A stretch of 64,000 nucleotides of DNA from a virus: positions 1 to 64,000 of the IMG/VR virus record IMGVR_UViG_3300028364_000033; one strand, given 5' to 3'. The notes under the pieces are model-generated. The model was not told where the DNA came from, searched no databases, and saw nothing but the letters and a program-made list of their open reading frames with translations. This document shows positions 16,740 to 25,828 of the stretch, piece by piece. A program made the position numbers and the translations under genes. How positions within the stretch are numbered: position 1 is the first letter of the stretch; each line of letters begins with the position of its first letter.

Positions 16740-17852
16740 TTAATTCAAATACTTTAAAAAATTCTGTAATTCTAATTTTTTAATCATTCTACCCATTTCT
16801 GGACCAGCTTCAATACCTAACTTTTGAACCTCGGCACCACCAATTGATAATTCGAATTTTATAAATGACTCAAATAATTCAGTGTTTAAACCAACTAAGT
16901 TTGAGAATTTTCTAATCTGTTCGTCATTAACACCAGAATTATTCTGCATCTTCTTAAGTTCATATACATTGTTAACATTTAACATTGTTAGATTTACTAA
17001 GAAAACAATTCCCCTAATCTCATTGATGGAGTACGTCAATTTATTCAACTTACCGTTCAATTGTTTGGGGTCATTATTTCTTAACATGTATGCCAATAGA
17101 ACAGTTGGGTCCCTTTCCTCTTGAAAGTCAGTATCAACATTCTGTATATCCTTAAATATCCAATCTAATAGATTGTATTGATTTAGTAGCCCTAGGAAGT
17201 ATTTAATCGATTTAGCGGTCTTAATACCCTTTAAAAACTCGTCTCTAATCCTCTCAGATGATATTCCCTCTAAGCTGGCATCATTTGCGAGTGATTTTTC
17301 AGCATCAGCATCCAAATCTGAATTAAATCTACCAGCGAACCTAATTGCTCTAAGTATTCTAAGTCTATCTTCACCGAATCTATCATTGGCTGAACCAACG
17401 GTCCTAACAACTCGGTTCTTCAAGTCATCAATACCGCCAACAAGGTCAACAACCTCACCAGTTTCGATATCATAAAATAATGCATTGATTGTTAAATCCC
17501 TACGCATAACATCGGTATCAATATTCGTGAATTCAACAGAATTTGGTCTGCGGCCATCCGAACCTAAATCAGACCTAAATGTAGCGATTTCATATTCATC
17601 TGAATCGGTGAATACATTTATGACCCCAAAGCTTTTTCCAGTCCCTAATGTTCTAAGACCAGCGGTCTTCATCATATTCTCGACTATATCTGGTTTAGCA
17701 TCGGTAGCTAAATCCCAATCTTTTATTGACTTTTTAAGTAATGAGTCACGAACGGCACCACCGACAACAAATAGTTTATAACCATTGCTTACAAATATAT
17801 CCTTGATTTTTATAATGTCTTTTGGAACCTGTAAGTTAAATTTAACTCTCAT
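16740..17852 (-). CDS. cca: tRNA nucleotidyltransferase (CCA-adding enzyme / poly(A) polymerase head-domain family)
   Basis: FVVGGAVRDSLL...DWDLAT...GTGKSFGVINV...EIATFRSD and RRDLTINALFYD motifs diagnostic of class II CCA-adding enzymes. Confidence 0.85.
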   Translation of the reverse strand: MRVKFNLQVPKDIIKIKDIFVSNGYKLFVVGGAVRDSLLKKSIKDWDLATDAKPDIVENMMKTAGLRTLGTGKSFGVINVFTDSDEYEIATFRSDLGSDGRRPNSVEFTNIDTDVMRRDLTINALFYDIETGEVVDLVGGIDDLKNRVVRTVGSANDRFGEDRLRILRAIRFAGRFNSDLDADAEKSLANDASLEGISSERIRDEFLKGIKTAKSIKYFLGLLNQYNLLDWIFKDIQNVDTDFQEERDPTVLLAYMLRNNDPKQLNGKLNKLTYSINEIRGIVFLVNLTMLNVNNVYELKKMQNNSGVNDEQIRKFSNLVGLNTELFESFIKFELSIGGAEVQKLGIEAGPEMGRMIKKLELQNFLKYLN

Positions 17853-17871
17853 AATATTTTATATTTATACA

Positions 17872-17900
17872 AATATACATATAAATAATATAATAAACAA
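17872..17900 (-). promoter_or_regulatory. sigma70-type promoter (TTGTTT-N17-TATATT) upstream of cca gene
   Basis: same motif and spacing as other family members. Confidence 0.4.
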
Positions 17901-17909
17901 ATATTATTT

Positions 17910-18878
17910 TTAAGCTTTATAGGTTTTGTTTATTATATCACCTAAATCAACTTTTTTATCATTAACCTCTAATGCCAATATCTTTAATGGAGTATTTTTG
18001 AAAAGGGTAATTTCTTTTTCTTCTTCACCTAGGTTAGGGTCTATATTCGACTCTATGGTTTGTTCCCAGTTTATATATTTTTCACCAATGGCCGACTCAA
18101 TTCTAACAACATTGGATTCTTTACCGCCCCAATGTGCCTCGGCAGCATCTTTTTCAAATGACCAGAACACACCTAGTCTGTTACCAGTGTGAGGTAATCT
18201 ATCTAACCAATCATCATCTACCGTCATTACTCGCCAAAGTCTAATGTAACCATCTGGTGTAATTTTATGTTTTATATCATAGATTGCATCATCAATTTTA
18301 CTTTCGACCTCATATAACAACCATTTTTTAAATCGTTCCGTTTCTATTATATCATCCTCATCCATTAGTTCTTCTTTTTCTTCTGGTGATAGATAATAGT
18401 CGTCTTGCATTTTATACTTAAAATTTCCAACAACAGTACTTGGTGTGCTATTTAACCAATTTTCAGCTATACCTTCAATATTAAAGTCAGATGATGAAAT
18501 TGCCTTTATTGATTTTTCGGTAATCAGTGTTTCATTAACGCTAGTCAAATCACCCTGAATATCCTTGTGTTTAAATTTGGCACCTAAATCAGTTTTCATT
18601 GATGGTTTATATTGATATTCTGGGTTATCATTTTTTATATATTGCATCATTCTAGAAGCGTAACCCTTTCTTCTAAATTCTGGTCTAATAAATATATTAC
18701 TTACGGTTAATTCACCCTCAAAAAGGGTATATTGTGTTATACCTAGTATCTCTTCACCTAAATAAAATCCAAGTTCATAGTTGTGTTGTTCCCCATATGA
18801 ACTTAAATGTTCAACCTCATATCTAAATTTGGGTTTATCAACATTTTCCCTTAATAATTTTTTAATTAAGTATTTCAT
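17910..18878 (-). CDS. GNAT-family N-acetyltransferase domain protein with C-terminal extension
   Basis: NIFIRPEFRRKGYASRMMQYI resembles GNAT motif A (acetyl-CoA binding R/Q-x-x-G-x-G/A). Confidence 0.45.
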   Translation of the reverse strand: MKYLIKKLLRENVDKPKFRYEVEHLSSYGEQHNYELGFYLGEEILGITQYTLFEGELTVSNIFIRPEFRRKGYASRMMQYIKNDNPEYQYKPSMKTDLGAKFKHKDIQGDLTSVNETLITEKSIKAISSSDFNIEGIAENWLNSTPSTVVGNFKYKMQDDYYLSPEEKEELMDEDDIIETERFKKWLLYEVESKIDDAIYDIKHKITPDGYIRLWRVMTVDDDWLDRLPHTGNRLGVFWSFEKDAAEAHWGGKESNVVRIESAIGEKYINWEQTIESNIDPNLGEEEKEITLFKNTPLKILALEVNDKKVDLGDIINKTYKA

Positions 18879-20370
18879 CTTTATTTCTTAATTTTTTTCT
18901 AACCAACTTACCTATTAACCCCTCATAAACTTTGGTGTTTATAGTTTCAATTATTTCAGACTGTAATTTATCCAAATCATTAACTAAAACCCAAACTTTA
19001 CTATCGTTTTTTGTGTTAACCCTAACTGAGTCTTCTCGATGCCCATATTTATATTCATCGTAGAATTTTTCGTGTAGGGTCACCGCATCATCCTTTATTA
19101 TTATCTTACCGTCATAGGTTTCTATGGTGTCGTCATGAAATGCATGTGGTACTTCATAAAGTTCATTATCTATATCAACATAATCATCTTCCATAGTTAT
19201 ATATTGACCTTCACCGTAATGATTATATTCTAACTCTATGGTATCTTCAAATTTAGCATAATCACCCTCATAAACTCCTGCGGTTAATTCAACTATCATT
19301 TCATCATCATTATATTTAAACACCGTTTCATTATTGTATGTCTTTACACAATCGTCATCTAAGTAGAGTTCACCATCTATATGTATTATATTATCAGCGT
19401 GGGCATAACCCTCTATATAACCATTTGGTGTCTTATAAGATAGATAGTAAGCTTCATCTTCATTTACAATTTCACCCTGACGGTCTCCAAGTTCAATCAT
19501 TACACCAGGTTCTGAAACACCCCCATCAGTATCGGTTAACGCTACGGTTTCATAATTATCGTCACTATCGGTCATTAATTTACCATTATCTTTGTTTAGA
19601 TACTCAAATGTATCCATAAACGGATATTTTTCAAACTCCCAATAATCTAAATCCACCTCACCATTGGTGTTGGTTGTGAAACCATTTTCTTCCGCATATT
19701 GTAAGAATAAGTTTTTATATTCATTATTTGTTAAATAAACCCTATCCATAAATGTAACATCTTCCGATGTGTGCCATAATAATGCTCTACCACGAACCTT
19801 ATTGTTATTTGGATTAATTAATACCAGACACTTAACATGTTCTGGGTTTTCAGTATATATCTTAAGGTAGGCTTGTGCTGCCTCATATCGCATACATGAA
19901 CCCATTGTTTCACCTTCATCATAATTTTCACAGTGATAGGCCCATAATATTTTATCACCCTCAACAACCTTAAAGTCTTCGGTTGTACCCTTCTTTAAGT
20001 GGGCGATTAATTCCTCTAATTCATAACCCTTGAATTCTTGTGTACCAATACCTAAATAGTTCAATAATTTACCGACCTTGAATTTTCTAACCTTAGCATT
20101 ACCATCTCTATCTTTATAGTAACCCGTTAAAGTTTTATCATCGTCATCGGTGAAGTCTATAGAGTCTATAGTTACCTTATCTGATATACTATTTGAGTTT
20201 AAGAATTGTAATAACTTATCAGCAAATGGTTTATTAATATTATCTAATTTTTTTTTAAGTTTAGTACCTACCGAAATTTCCTTTTCAATTAATAAAGAAA
20301 GTTCTTCTAAAAGAATTCTTTTACTATATCCCTCGTTAAGTAACTTAACTATATACTTTTTATTGTTCAT
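18862..20370 (-). CDS. hypothetical protein, paralogous N-terminus to 20472..21617
   Basis: shares N-terminal MNNKKYIVKLLNEG with the neighbour (MDNKKYIVKLLREG) and a duplicated ~100-bp upstream cassette. Confidence 0.4.
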   Translation of the reverse strand: MNNKKYIVKLLNEGYSKRILLEELSLLIEKEISVGTKLKKKLDNINKPFADKLLQFLNSNSISDKVTIDSIDFTDDDDKTLTGYYKDRDGNAKVRKFKVGKLLNYLGIGTQEFKGYELEELIAHLKKGTTEDFKVVEGDKILWAYHCENYDEGETMGSCMRYEAAQAYLKIYTENPEHVKCLVLINPNNNKVRGRALLWHTSEDVTFMDRVYLTNNEYKNLFLQYAEENGFTTNTNGEVDLDYWEFEKYPFMDTFEYLNKDNGKLMTDSDDNYETVALTDTDGGVSEPGVMIELGDRQGEIVNEDEAYYLSYKTPNGYIEGYAHADNIIHIDGELYLDDDCVKTYNNETVFKYNDDEMIVELTAGVYEGDYAKFEDTIELEYNHYGEGQYITMEDDYVDIDNELYEVPHAFHDDTIETYDGKIIIKDDAVTLHEKFYDEYKYGHREDSVRVNTKNDSKVWVLVNDLDKLQSEIIETINTKVYEGLIGKLVRKKLRNKDEILN

Positions 20371-20407
20371 AAATGTAACTATATACGATAAATATACTCA
20401 AAACACG

Positions 20408-20436
20408 AAAAAACCCAATCATTTGATTGGGTTTCT
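20408..20436 (-). terminator. rho-independent terminator (AACCCAATCA..TGATTGGGTT plus T-run), copy 1 of a duplicated cassette
   Basis: perfect stem with T-run on minus strand. Confidence 0.55.
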
Positions 20437-20471
20437 AACTTTATATTATTTTTTTCGGAACTAATTTCATA

Positions 20472-21617
20472 TTAATGTATTGCTAGAAATGTTTTATGTA
20501 CATCCTGTCTTTGTGCACTGATATCAGTATCACCCGTTGGTAACACGATAACATCATATTGAAACTTTTCACCCTCGGTAGATGGTAGTTCTTTATGGTA
20601 TTTTAAGCGATTTATGTCTATATCATATTCTTTAGCAACTCTACGTCTAAGTTCTTCTTTACCACCATCAACGAAAATGGGTAACCCATCTTCATCTTTC
20701 TTATATGAGTTCGCTTTTGGGTAAAATAAACCCTTAAATAATTTTTTAGGTATGACATCGGAATACTTGGTTGTTTCCAAATCAACTTGTCTTAACTCTT
20801 TTGGTGCTGAACCCTTTGAGAAGTTCATAATAAAATCATCACTGGCCAGGTTTACGAATTTTGCCTGTTTAGTATATGCGTATGATTTTACATCGAATCC
20901 AGCATCGAACAAATCTTTAGTAACCTTTACTGCTATATCAAAATACTTTTGACTAAAGAAATCCCCAGCATCGTTCCATCTCATAACTAATTTTGGTACC
21001 GAACCGCTACGCCTACCTTGTCTTTTGAGTTTGAATGCCAATGGTTCCAATTCATCCATTATCATATTATAATATTCGGTGGGGTCGTTCATTAAAAGAT
21101 TAAGTCTTCTAATTAATTTTAATACCTTACCATCGTTCATACCATAAAACCCTTTTCTGGCATAACATATCAATTGACATGAGCCAGCACCTGGACATGT
21201 GTTTATATGGTAGAATTTTCCATTATCATTATCATATATAATTCCATTAATTGCTGGTAACCCAGTATTTACTGTCATTTGTTCACCACCATCATCCGAT
21301 TTCTCCATCTTTGGGTTTTGGTCAAATATAGTCTTTGGTGGGGTGGTGATTAACTTTTTAAATTTTGCAACATCTAACTCACCATCGGCAGTTAGATTTT
21401 TTTCCATTTGGTTCCTAGTATAAATAACATCCTTGGTTCCACGCTTATCCCTATCCTTGGATGCTAGGTTTAGTCTACCCAATTCCTTATTCATATCATC
21501 AGCTAACGATTGTGGTGTAACACACTTAGCTTGTGTATCCGAAAAATCACCCTCCCAATCAACTTCATTGATTGGACCTTCTCTAAGTAATTTAACTATG
21601 TATTTTTTATTATCCAT
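20472..21617 (-). CDS. hypothetical protein (paralog family with 18862..20370)
   Basis: ORF track; CPGAGSCQLICYARKG motif; no confident family. Confidence 0.4.
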   Translation of the reverse strand: MDNKKYIVKLLREGPINEVDWEGDFSDTQAKCVTPQSLADDMNKELGRLNLASKDRDKRGTKDVIYTRNQMEKNLTADGELDVAKFKKLITTPPKTIFDQNPKMEKSDDGGEQMTVNTGLPAINGIIYDNDNGKFYHINTCPGAGSCQLICYARKGFYGMNDGKVLKLIRRLNLLMNDPTEYYNMIMDELEPLAFKLKRQGRRSGSVPKLVMRWNDAGDFFSQKYFDIAVKVTKDLFDAGFDVKSYAYTKQAKFVNLASDDFIMNFSKGSAPKELRQVDLETTKYSDVIPKKLFKGLFYPKANSYKKDEDGLPIFVDGGKEELRRRVAKEYDIDINRLKYHKELPSTEGEKFQYDVIVLPTGDTDISAQRQDVHKTFLAIH

Positions 21618-21653
21618 AAATGTAACTATATACGATAAATATATTCAAAACAC

Positions 21654-21682
21654 AAAAAACCCAATCATTTGATTGGGTTTCT
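21654..21682 (-). terminator. rho-independent terminator, copy 2 of the duplicated cassette
   Basis: near-identical to 20408-20436. Confidence 0.55.
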
Positions 21683-21702
21683 AAATTTATATTATAATTA
21701 TC

Positions 21703-22614
21703 TTATTTTTTTTCGGAACCTATTTCACCACTTAATAGTTTTGCACCTATAATTGATTCAAATATACCTAACTCTCCACCACCTTTAGTTTGTGTACCAC
21801 CGTTGAACATAGTAGTCGGTAGGGTTAATCCGTTTGGTCCTGATAGTGCTTTAACTCTAGCAACACTCGCATCCAATTCCATTTGTAAGCGTGTTTCTGG
21901 AGTAATACCAGCACTAACTTTTCTTTGGATTTCATACGCTTCTGCATCGGCTGTTACTCTAATCCTTTCGGCAGACTTTAATGATGCGGCAAGTAGATTG
22001 GTTTCCTCTTGTTCTTTATAGGAGGCTTCTTTAGCTCTAGTATCTGCCGCAATGGTAACTTCAAGTTGTTTCTTTTCTAATATAACCCTAGTTTCAGCTT
22101 TTTCACGTTCACCCTTTGCAATTGCTTTTTGGGTTGCGTAGTATTCTTTTTCAGCTTCTTGTTTCTCTAATTGGGTTTGCGCAACTTGCTCTTTTTGGTC
22201 ATTAAGTCTTTCGTCAAAACTATCTTCCCAATCGATATTGGTAACTGCCGCTTGCTGTACGGTTATACCGTATTTTTTAAGTGAGTTTGATGTGTCCCTT
22301 ACAGGTTCACCAGCTGAGTTGGTCCTAATTCTATATTTCTTTTCACGTTTTTCATTATTTATTCTTCCAATTGCTACTGTTCTAGTGGAATCCGAAGTAA
22401 CGATAGGTGTTTCGATTATATCTTCATAAACTTCTTCTGTTAAGTACATTCCATTCTCCATTTGGTCTTTTAAGTAGTAATCGAATTGTGAGGAAGCACC
22501 TGAAATATAATCTTGGGCATCCATTAACTTACATGTGTTTTTTAAAGCTTGGTCATATACTGGGTATACACGGGCATAAACTAACTTAGCTTCGGACCTG
22601 TTTTTATCGGCCAT
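21703..22614 (-). CDS. SPFH/band-7 (prohibitin/HflC-like) domain protein
   Basis: long charged coiled-coil EKQEAEKEYYATQKAIAKGEREKAETRVILEKKQLEV typical of SPFH C-terminal region; adjacent membrane partner. Confidence 0.45.
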   Translation of the reverse strand: MADKNRSEAKLVYARVYPVYDQALKNTCKLMDAQDYISGASSQFDYYLKDQMENGMYLTEEVYEDIIETPIVTSDSTRTVAIGRINNEKREKKYRIRTNSAGEPVRDTSNSLKKYGITVQQAAVTNIDWEDSFDERLNDQKEQVAQTQLEKQEAEKEYYATQKAIAKGEREKAETRVILEKKQLEVTIAADTRAKEASYKEQEETNLLAASLKSAERIRVTADAEAYEIQRKVSAGITPETRLQMELDASVARVKALSGPNGLTLPTTMFNGGTQTKGGGELGIFESIIGAKLLSGEIGSEKK

Positions 22615-22728
22615 AATTAAAAAGCCCTCTGTATCTGCGTAATCTATTGATACGATTAATGATGCTGCAATATCAGCTTTAATCGCATCGGCAAATTCTC
22701 TCCTTTGTGCCGTTCTGTAATAAATACC

Positions 22729-23133
22729 TTATTCCCTTACGGTTTCGATAATATTCCCTTCCCTATCTCTTTGTGGAATTAAATCCTGTAGGGCTATTTC
22801 AAATGAAATGGGTATAGTTTTACCCCAATACTTTAATTTAAGTCCCTGTGTCGAGATTGCATTATCACCACCCCAAAGATATTGTACGGCAGTTGCAGTA
22901 CCAGATTTATTGATGAAGAATAGACCACTAATAGTCATAATCAATATTCCACCAACAATTGAAAGTACTGTTTTTTTAAGGGTCCATGAAGTTAAGAATT
23001 TTGGATGTGCTTTTTCGATGGTACTACCATAAGTAGTTTTTCGTTCAACGTCCTCTGTTCTTAGGTTCATAAACCTAGTTGTTACATACATCGCAACTGC
23101 AAAAATAATAGTTAAAATACCTAATGTTGTCAT
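22729..23133 (-). CDS. membrane protein (2 TM), putative partner of SPFH protein
   Basis: N-terminal and central hydrophobic helices. Confidence 0.4.
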   Translation of the reverse strand: MTTLGILTIIFAVAMYVTTRFMNLRTEDVERKTTYGSTIEKAHPKFLTSWTLKKTVLSIVGGILIMTISGLFFINKSGTATAVQYLWGGDNAISTQGLKLKYWGKTIPISFEIALQDLIPQRDREGNIIETVRE

Positions 23134-23201
23134 AATTTTTCTTTTTTATTATTAATAATTTTATTAATCTGGTGCAAATATAAACTTCTTTTATTTAATA
23201 A

Positions 23202-24221
23202 TCAAGTATTTTTACCTAAATCCAATAACATATCATAAACTTTTTTAACTAAATCTAATAACGTACCATCATTTTCAATGACATAATCCCATTTTTTATA
23301 CTTATCCAACTCTATTTCGGATTTATGTGGTTTACTGTTAAAATCACCTAATTGTTGAATGCATGTGCTGGAAAATACTCTATTATTAAATTCACTTAGT
23401 GTTATTAATTCTTCACCCCAAGAGTATGTAAAGTTTTTTCTATCCCAACCGTCTGGGTCCATTATAATAATTTTAGGGAATTGTTTTTGCCATTCCTCAG
23501 AAGTTCTTTTGCTTCTATTTACCCTAATTCTAACACCCTTAAATTTTTCTATGGTGTCAACTTCGTTATTAAACCTAACATCGGTTATAATCCACCTAGG
23601 GTATTCAAAGCCACCTATTGCGTGGTCGGTATGTATTGGTGTAAAATCACTGAATAAACTATTTACCCAAATATTTGGGTGAATGATTTCCCTACCACAT
23701 TCAGTACCCAATAACTGTAATAATAACCTTGGGGTCATTTTTACCCTATATACGTGTGTAGTGTTATTTAATTTATGTTTTTTAATAAATTTGTTGGCTT
23801 CTTTTTCACTAACAAATATCCCACTATCGACCAAAGAGGTGCCGTCATTTATTTCATTGGTGTGGCCAATTTTAAAAACATCCCAAATATCAGCCAATTC
23901 CTTCTCCTTAAATTCTCTATCCTCTAACCTTTTTCTAGTACACCCTAATATAAGGCAAGCAATGTCTTTAAGTTTATCTGCGAATTTTTTATTTAAGTAT
24001 GTCTCTTCACCATACCACTCCGACCCATTGACTACTCTTTTTATTAATTCAAGGTCATTTAACATTTCATATCCTAAACTACCATGTATTTCATTCGTGT
24101 TTGGATACCTACCCCTGGTCATGAATGCTTGTATAATTCTTTCTACGGTATCCTTTCCAGAACCCACCTTACCACTAAGACCTATTAAGTTAGGTACTTT
24201 ATTGAAATTAATTTTTTCCAT
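23202..24221 (-). CDS. 1: deoxynucleoside monophosphate kinase (T4 gp1-like) with C-terminal extension
   Basis: LIGLSGKVGSGKDT (T4 gp1 LIFLSGVKRSGKDT), RLLLQLLGTE (T4 RRLMQALGTD), WVNSLF (WVKLF), IITDVRF (IVPDTRQ), IENDGTL (ITNDGSL). Confidence 0.75.
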   Translation of the reverse strand: MEKINFNKVPNLIGLSGKVGSGKDTVERIIQAFMTRGRYPNTNEIHGSLGYEMLNDLELIKRVVNGSEWYGEETYLNKKFADKLKDIACLILGCTRKRLEDREFKEKELADIWDVFKIGHTNEINDGTSLVDSGIFVSEKEANKFIKKHKLNNTTHVYRVKMTPRLLLQLLGTECGREIIHPNIWVNSLFSDFTPIHTDHAIGGFEYPRWIITDVRFNNEVDTIEKFKGVRIRVNRSKRTSEEWQKQFPKIIIMDPDGWDRKNFTYSWGEELITLSEFNNRVFSSTCIQQLGDFNSKPHKSEIELDKYKKWDYVIENDGTLLDLVKKVYDMLLDLGKNT

Positions 24222-24239
24222 ATTTATTTATTTAAAACA

Positions 24240-24268
24240 AATATAGTATTTTTTTTCCATAAGTTCAA
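24240..24268 (-). promoter_or_regulatory. sigma70-type promoter TTGAAC-N17-TATATT upstream of dNMP kinase gene
   Basis: conserved family motif and spacing. Confidence 0.45.
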
Positions 24269-24337
24269 GCAAAAAAAAGACCCACCATGAATATGATGAG
24301 TCTTTGGAGGCAAGATAAAAATACGTTAAACCTAAAA

Positions 24338-24389
24338 CGTCACAGATAATATCTTATTAATTATAATTAATAAGATATTATCTGTGACG
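24338..24389. repeat. 52-bp perfect palindrome (25-nt arms, 2-nt centre)
   Basis: cgtcacagataatatcttattaatt-at-aattaataagatattatctgtgacg read directly. Confidence 0.9.
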
Positions 24390-24464
24390 CATGCGTTAAT
24401 CTTTTAGTCACCTAATTTAGGTGTGCAACAACCACTACGTGCAAGTAGATTAACTTCGGTTGTT

Positions 24465-24502
24465 TAGCGGGGGGAGGATTCGAACCTCCGACCTCTGGGT
24501 TA
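24465..24502 (-). tRNA. initiator-type tRNA-Met(CAU), 3' exon (positions 36-73)
   Basis: TAA-CCCAG-AGGTC-GGAGG-TTCGAAT-CCTCC-CCCCGCT-A; pairs with 5' part at 25242-25276. Confidence 0.6.
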
Positions 24503-25241
24503 TATTAATTATTTATTATCATACTCCCAATGATGGTTAGGGCATAATCCCATTAGGTTTGATAATAAATTTATTTCTCCTATTGTTGTAAATCCATCAA
24601 ATTCTGAAACGGCTTTTATGTGAGCCACTTCAACATGATTTAAATAACCACAATTTGCACAACTTGGTGAAGGGTTAGATTCAAAAAACACACTCCTAGC
24701 GTGTTTTTGGATGGCACTCCTTGCGGATTGCCAATTTTTACGTTTGTTAAAGAGTTCATCTTTTGTTAAAGAAGATATACCTATTGATTTGATTAATTTT
24801 AGCTCCACACCTAACATTGAGCATCGTCTTTCAATAGAATCCTTCACATCTGAAGAAACTTTACTTTTGTATCCTAATTTTTCACCAATTTCCTTCCACC
24901 CTTTAGAATTATTTATAATAAAAATAAAATTAATGTCAGATATTTTATTAATTAAACTATCTTTTCTATAGCCAACGTGACTAAAATTTTCATTTTTATT
25001 AACTTTTCTTCGTGTTGGTAAGGAAATTTCCAATTTCTTTGCCGCTTTTTTAATAGCGTTTCCAGAAACGTTATACAATTTACCAATAGCAGTATAACTT
25101 TTATTCTGCTCTAAAATTAATCTTTCTAAATCTTTCTTATTATATTTATCCACACTAATAAATAGTATGAAAAGATATAAACGAACCTAATCCCTAAAAA
25201 TTAATTTTAGTTCGAATATTTTTCAGTCTTTTAAAACTGTG
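24503..25241 (-). mobile_element. 739-bp insertion in the anticodon loop of tRNA-fMet carrying an HNH endonuclease gene (intron-like, non-canonical)
   Basis: lies between anticodon-loop position 35 and 36; ORF fills ~88% of the insertion; no G at the 3' boundary. Confidence 0.55.
24509..25153 (-). CDS. HNH homing endonuclease
   Basis: C-terminal CANCGYLNHVEVAHIKAV...LCPNHHWEYD HNH/Zn motif; N-terminal HTH-like region. Confidence 0.7.
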   Translation of the reverse strand: MDKYNKKDLERLILEQNKSYTAIGKLYNVSGNAIKKAAKKLEISLPTRRKVNKNENFSHVGYRKDSLINKISDINFIFIINNSKGWKEIGEKLGYKSKVSSDVKDSIERRCSMLGVELKLIKSIGISSLTKDELFNKRKNWQSARSAIQKHARSVFFESNPSPSCANCGYLNHVEVAHIKAVSEFDGFTTIGEINLLSNLMGLCPNHHWEYDNK

Positions 25242-25276
25242 TGAGCCCAGCGAGCTGGCCACTGCTCCACCCCGCA
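25242..25276 (-). tRNA. initiator-type tRNA-Met(CAU), 5' exon (positions 1-35)
   Basis: TGCGGGG-T-G-GAGC-AGTGGCCA-GCTC-G-CTGGG-CTCA; matches E. coli tRNA-fMet position by position, including GGG/CCC in the anticodon stem and a 1:72 mismatch. Confidence 0.6.
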
Positions 25277-25350
25277 ATGTGTCTTTTAATTAGGTTTTTC
25301 ACCTATTAACTATGGTGGGTTTAAAAGTTTTGTTTATTATATATAGTACA

Positions 25351-25379
25351 AATATAGTAAATGTTATTCTTTATGTCAA
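25351..25379 (-). promoter_or_regulatory. sigma70-type promoter TTGACA-N17-TATATT upstream of split tRNA-fMet
   Basis: minus-strand CTTGACAtaaagaataacatttacTATATTtg. Confidence 0.5.
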
Positions 25380-25688
25380 GTTTTTTTTACTTTTTTTTTC
25401 AATTAATGCATAATCATCAGCATATTCTTCAATTATGACATAAATAGTGTGGTTTTTATCAATATTATGTACAACATTCACAACCCTATAGTATTTTAGT
25501 TCATCCACTAAATACACTATTTCATGTATTCTTGGTATTGCTTTAACTGAAACATCAGTTTTTACTATCTTCCAAGATTCGTTAAGAAATGTAACCTTAT
25601 GCTTTTTAAACATCATATATTGTTTATATAAAAATACTAATATTAAAAAAAAAATAAATAGAAACACTTTATTTTTATAAATAAACAT
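25371..25688 (-). CDS. hypothetical membrane protein (N-terminal TM)
   Basis: ORF track; FLFIFFLILVFLY hydrophobic segment; overlaps predicted promoter, so uncertain. Confidence 0.3.
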   Translation of the reverse strand: MFIYKNKVFLFIFFLILVFLYKQYMMFKKHKVTFLNESWKIVKTDVSVKAIPRIHEIVYLVDELKYYRVVNVVHNIDKNHTIYVIIEEYADDYALIEKKSKKNLT

Positions 25689-25828
25689 ATTTATTAGTAT
25701 ATAACAATTAATTAAAATATAAAGATAATGGGCTGTGGATGCAAGAAGAATAAACCGAAACCTACTAATACTACCGTTAAGACGAGTTCACCAGTTAGAA
25801 CCGTTAATAAACCGACTAGTAAGTAAAA

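Noticed and set aside
23683-24246. Plus-strand ORF of 187 aa (and similar plus-strand ORFs such as 47389..48147, 7588..7914, 38493..38782)
   Set aside because: These lie antisense within well-supported minus-strand genes and are low-complexity (Leu/Ser/Phe-rich) shadow ORFs typical of AT-rich DNA.
24503-25241. Canonical self-splicing group I intron in tRNA-fMet (as in cyanobacterial tRNA-fMet)
   Set aside because: The base preceding the 3' exon is A (no omega-G within 12 nt). The ORF ends 6 nt before the exon and only ~85 nt lie upstream of the ORF, leaving no room for a standard P3-P9 core. Kept as a non-canonical insertion rather than called a group I intron. My boundaries are hand-counted.
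25726-25824. 32-aa plus-strand ORF MGCGCKKNKPKPTNTT... followed by a terminator
   Set aside because: Too short and no recognisable RBS context. The terminator is better explained as serving the convergent minus-strand gene. Possibly a micropeptide, but unsupported.
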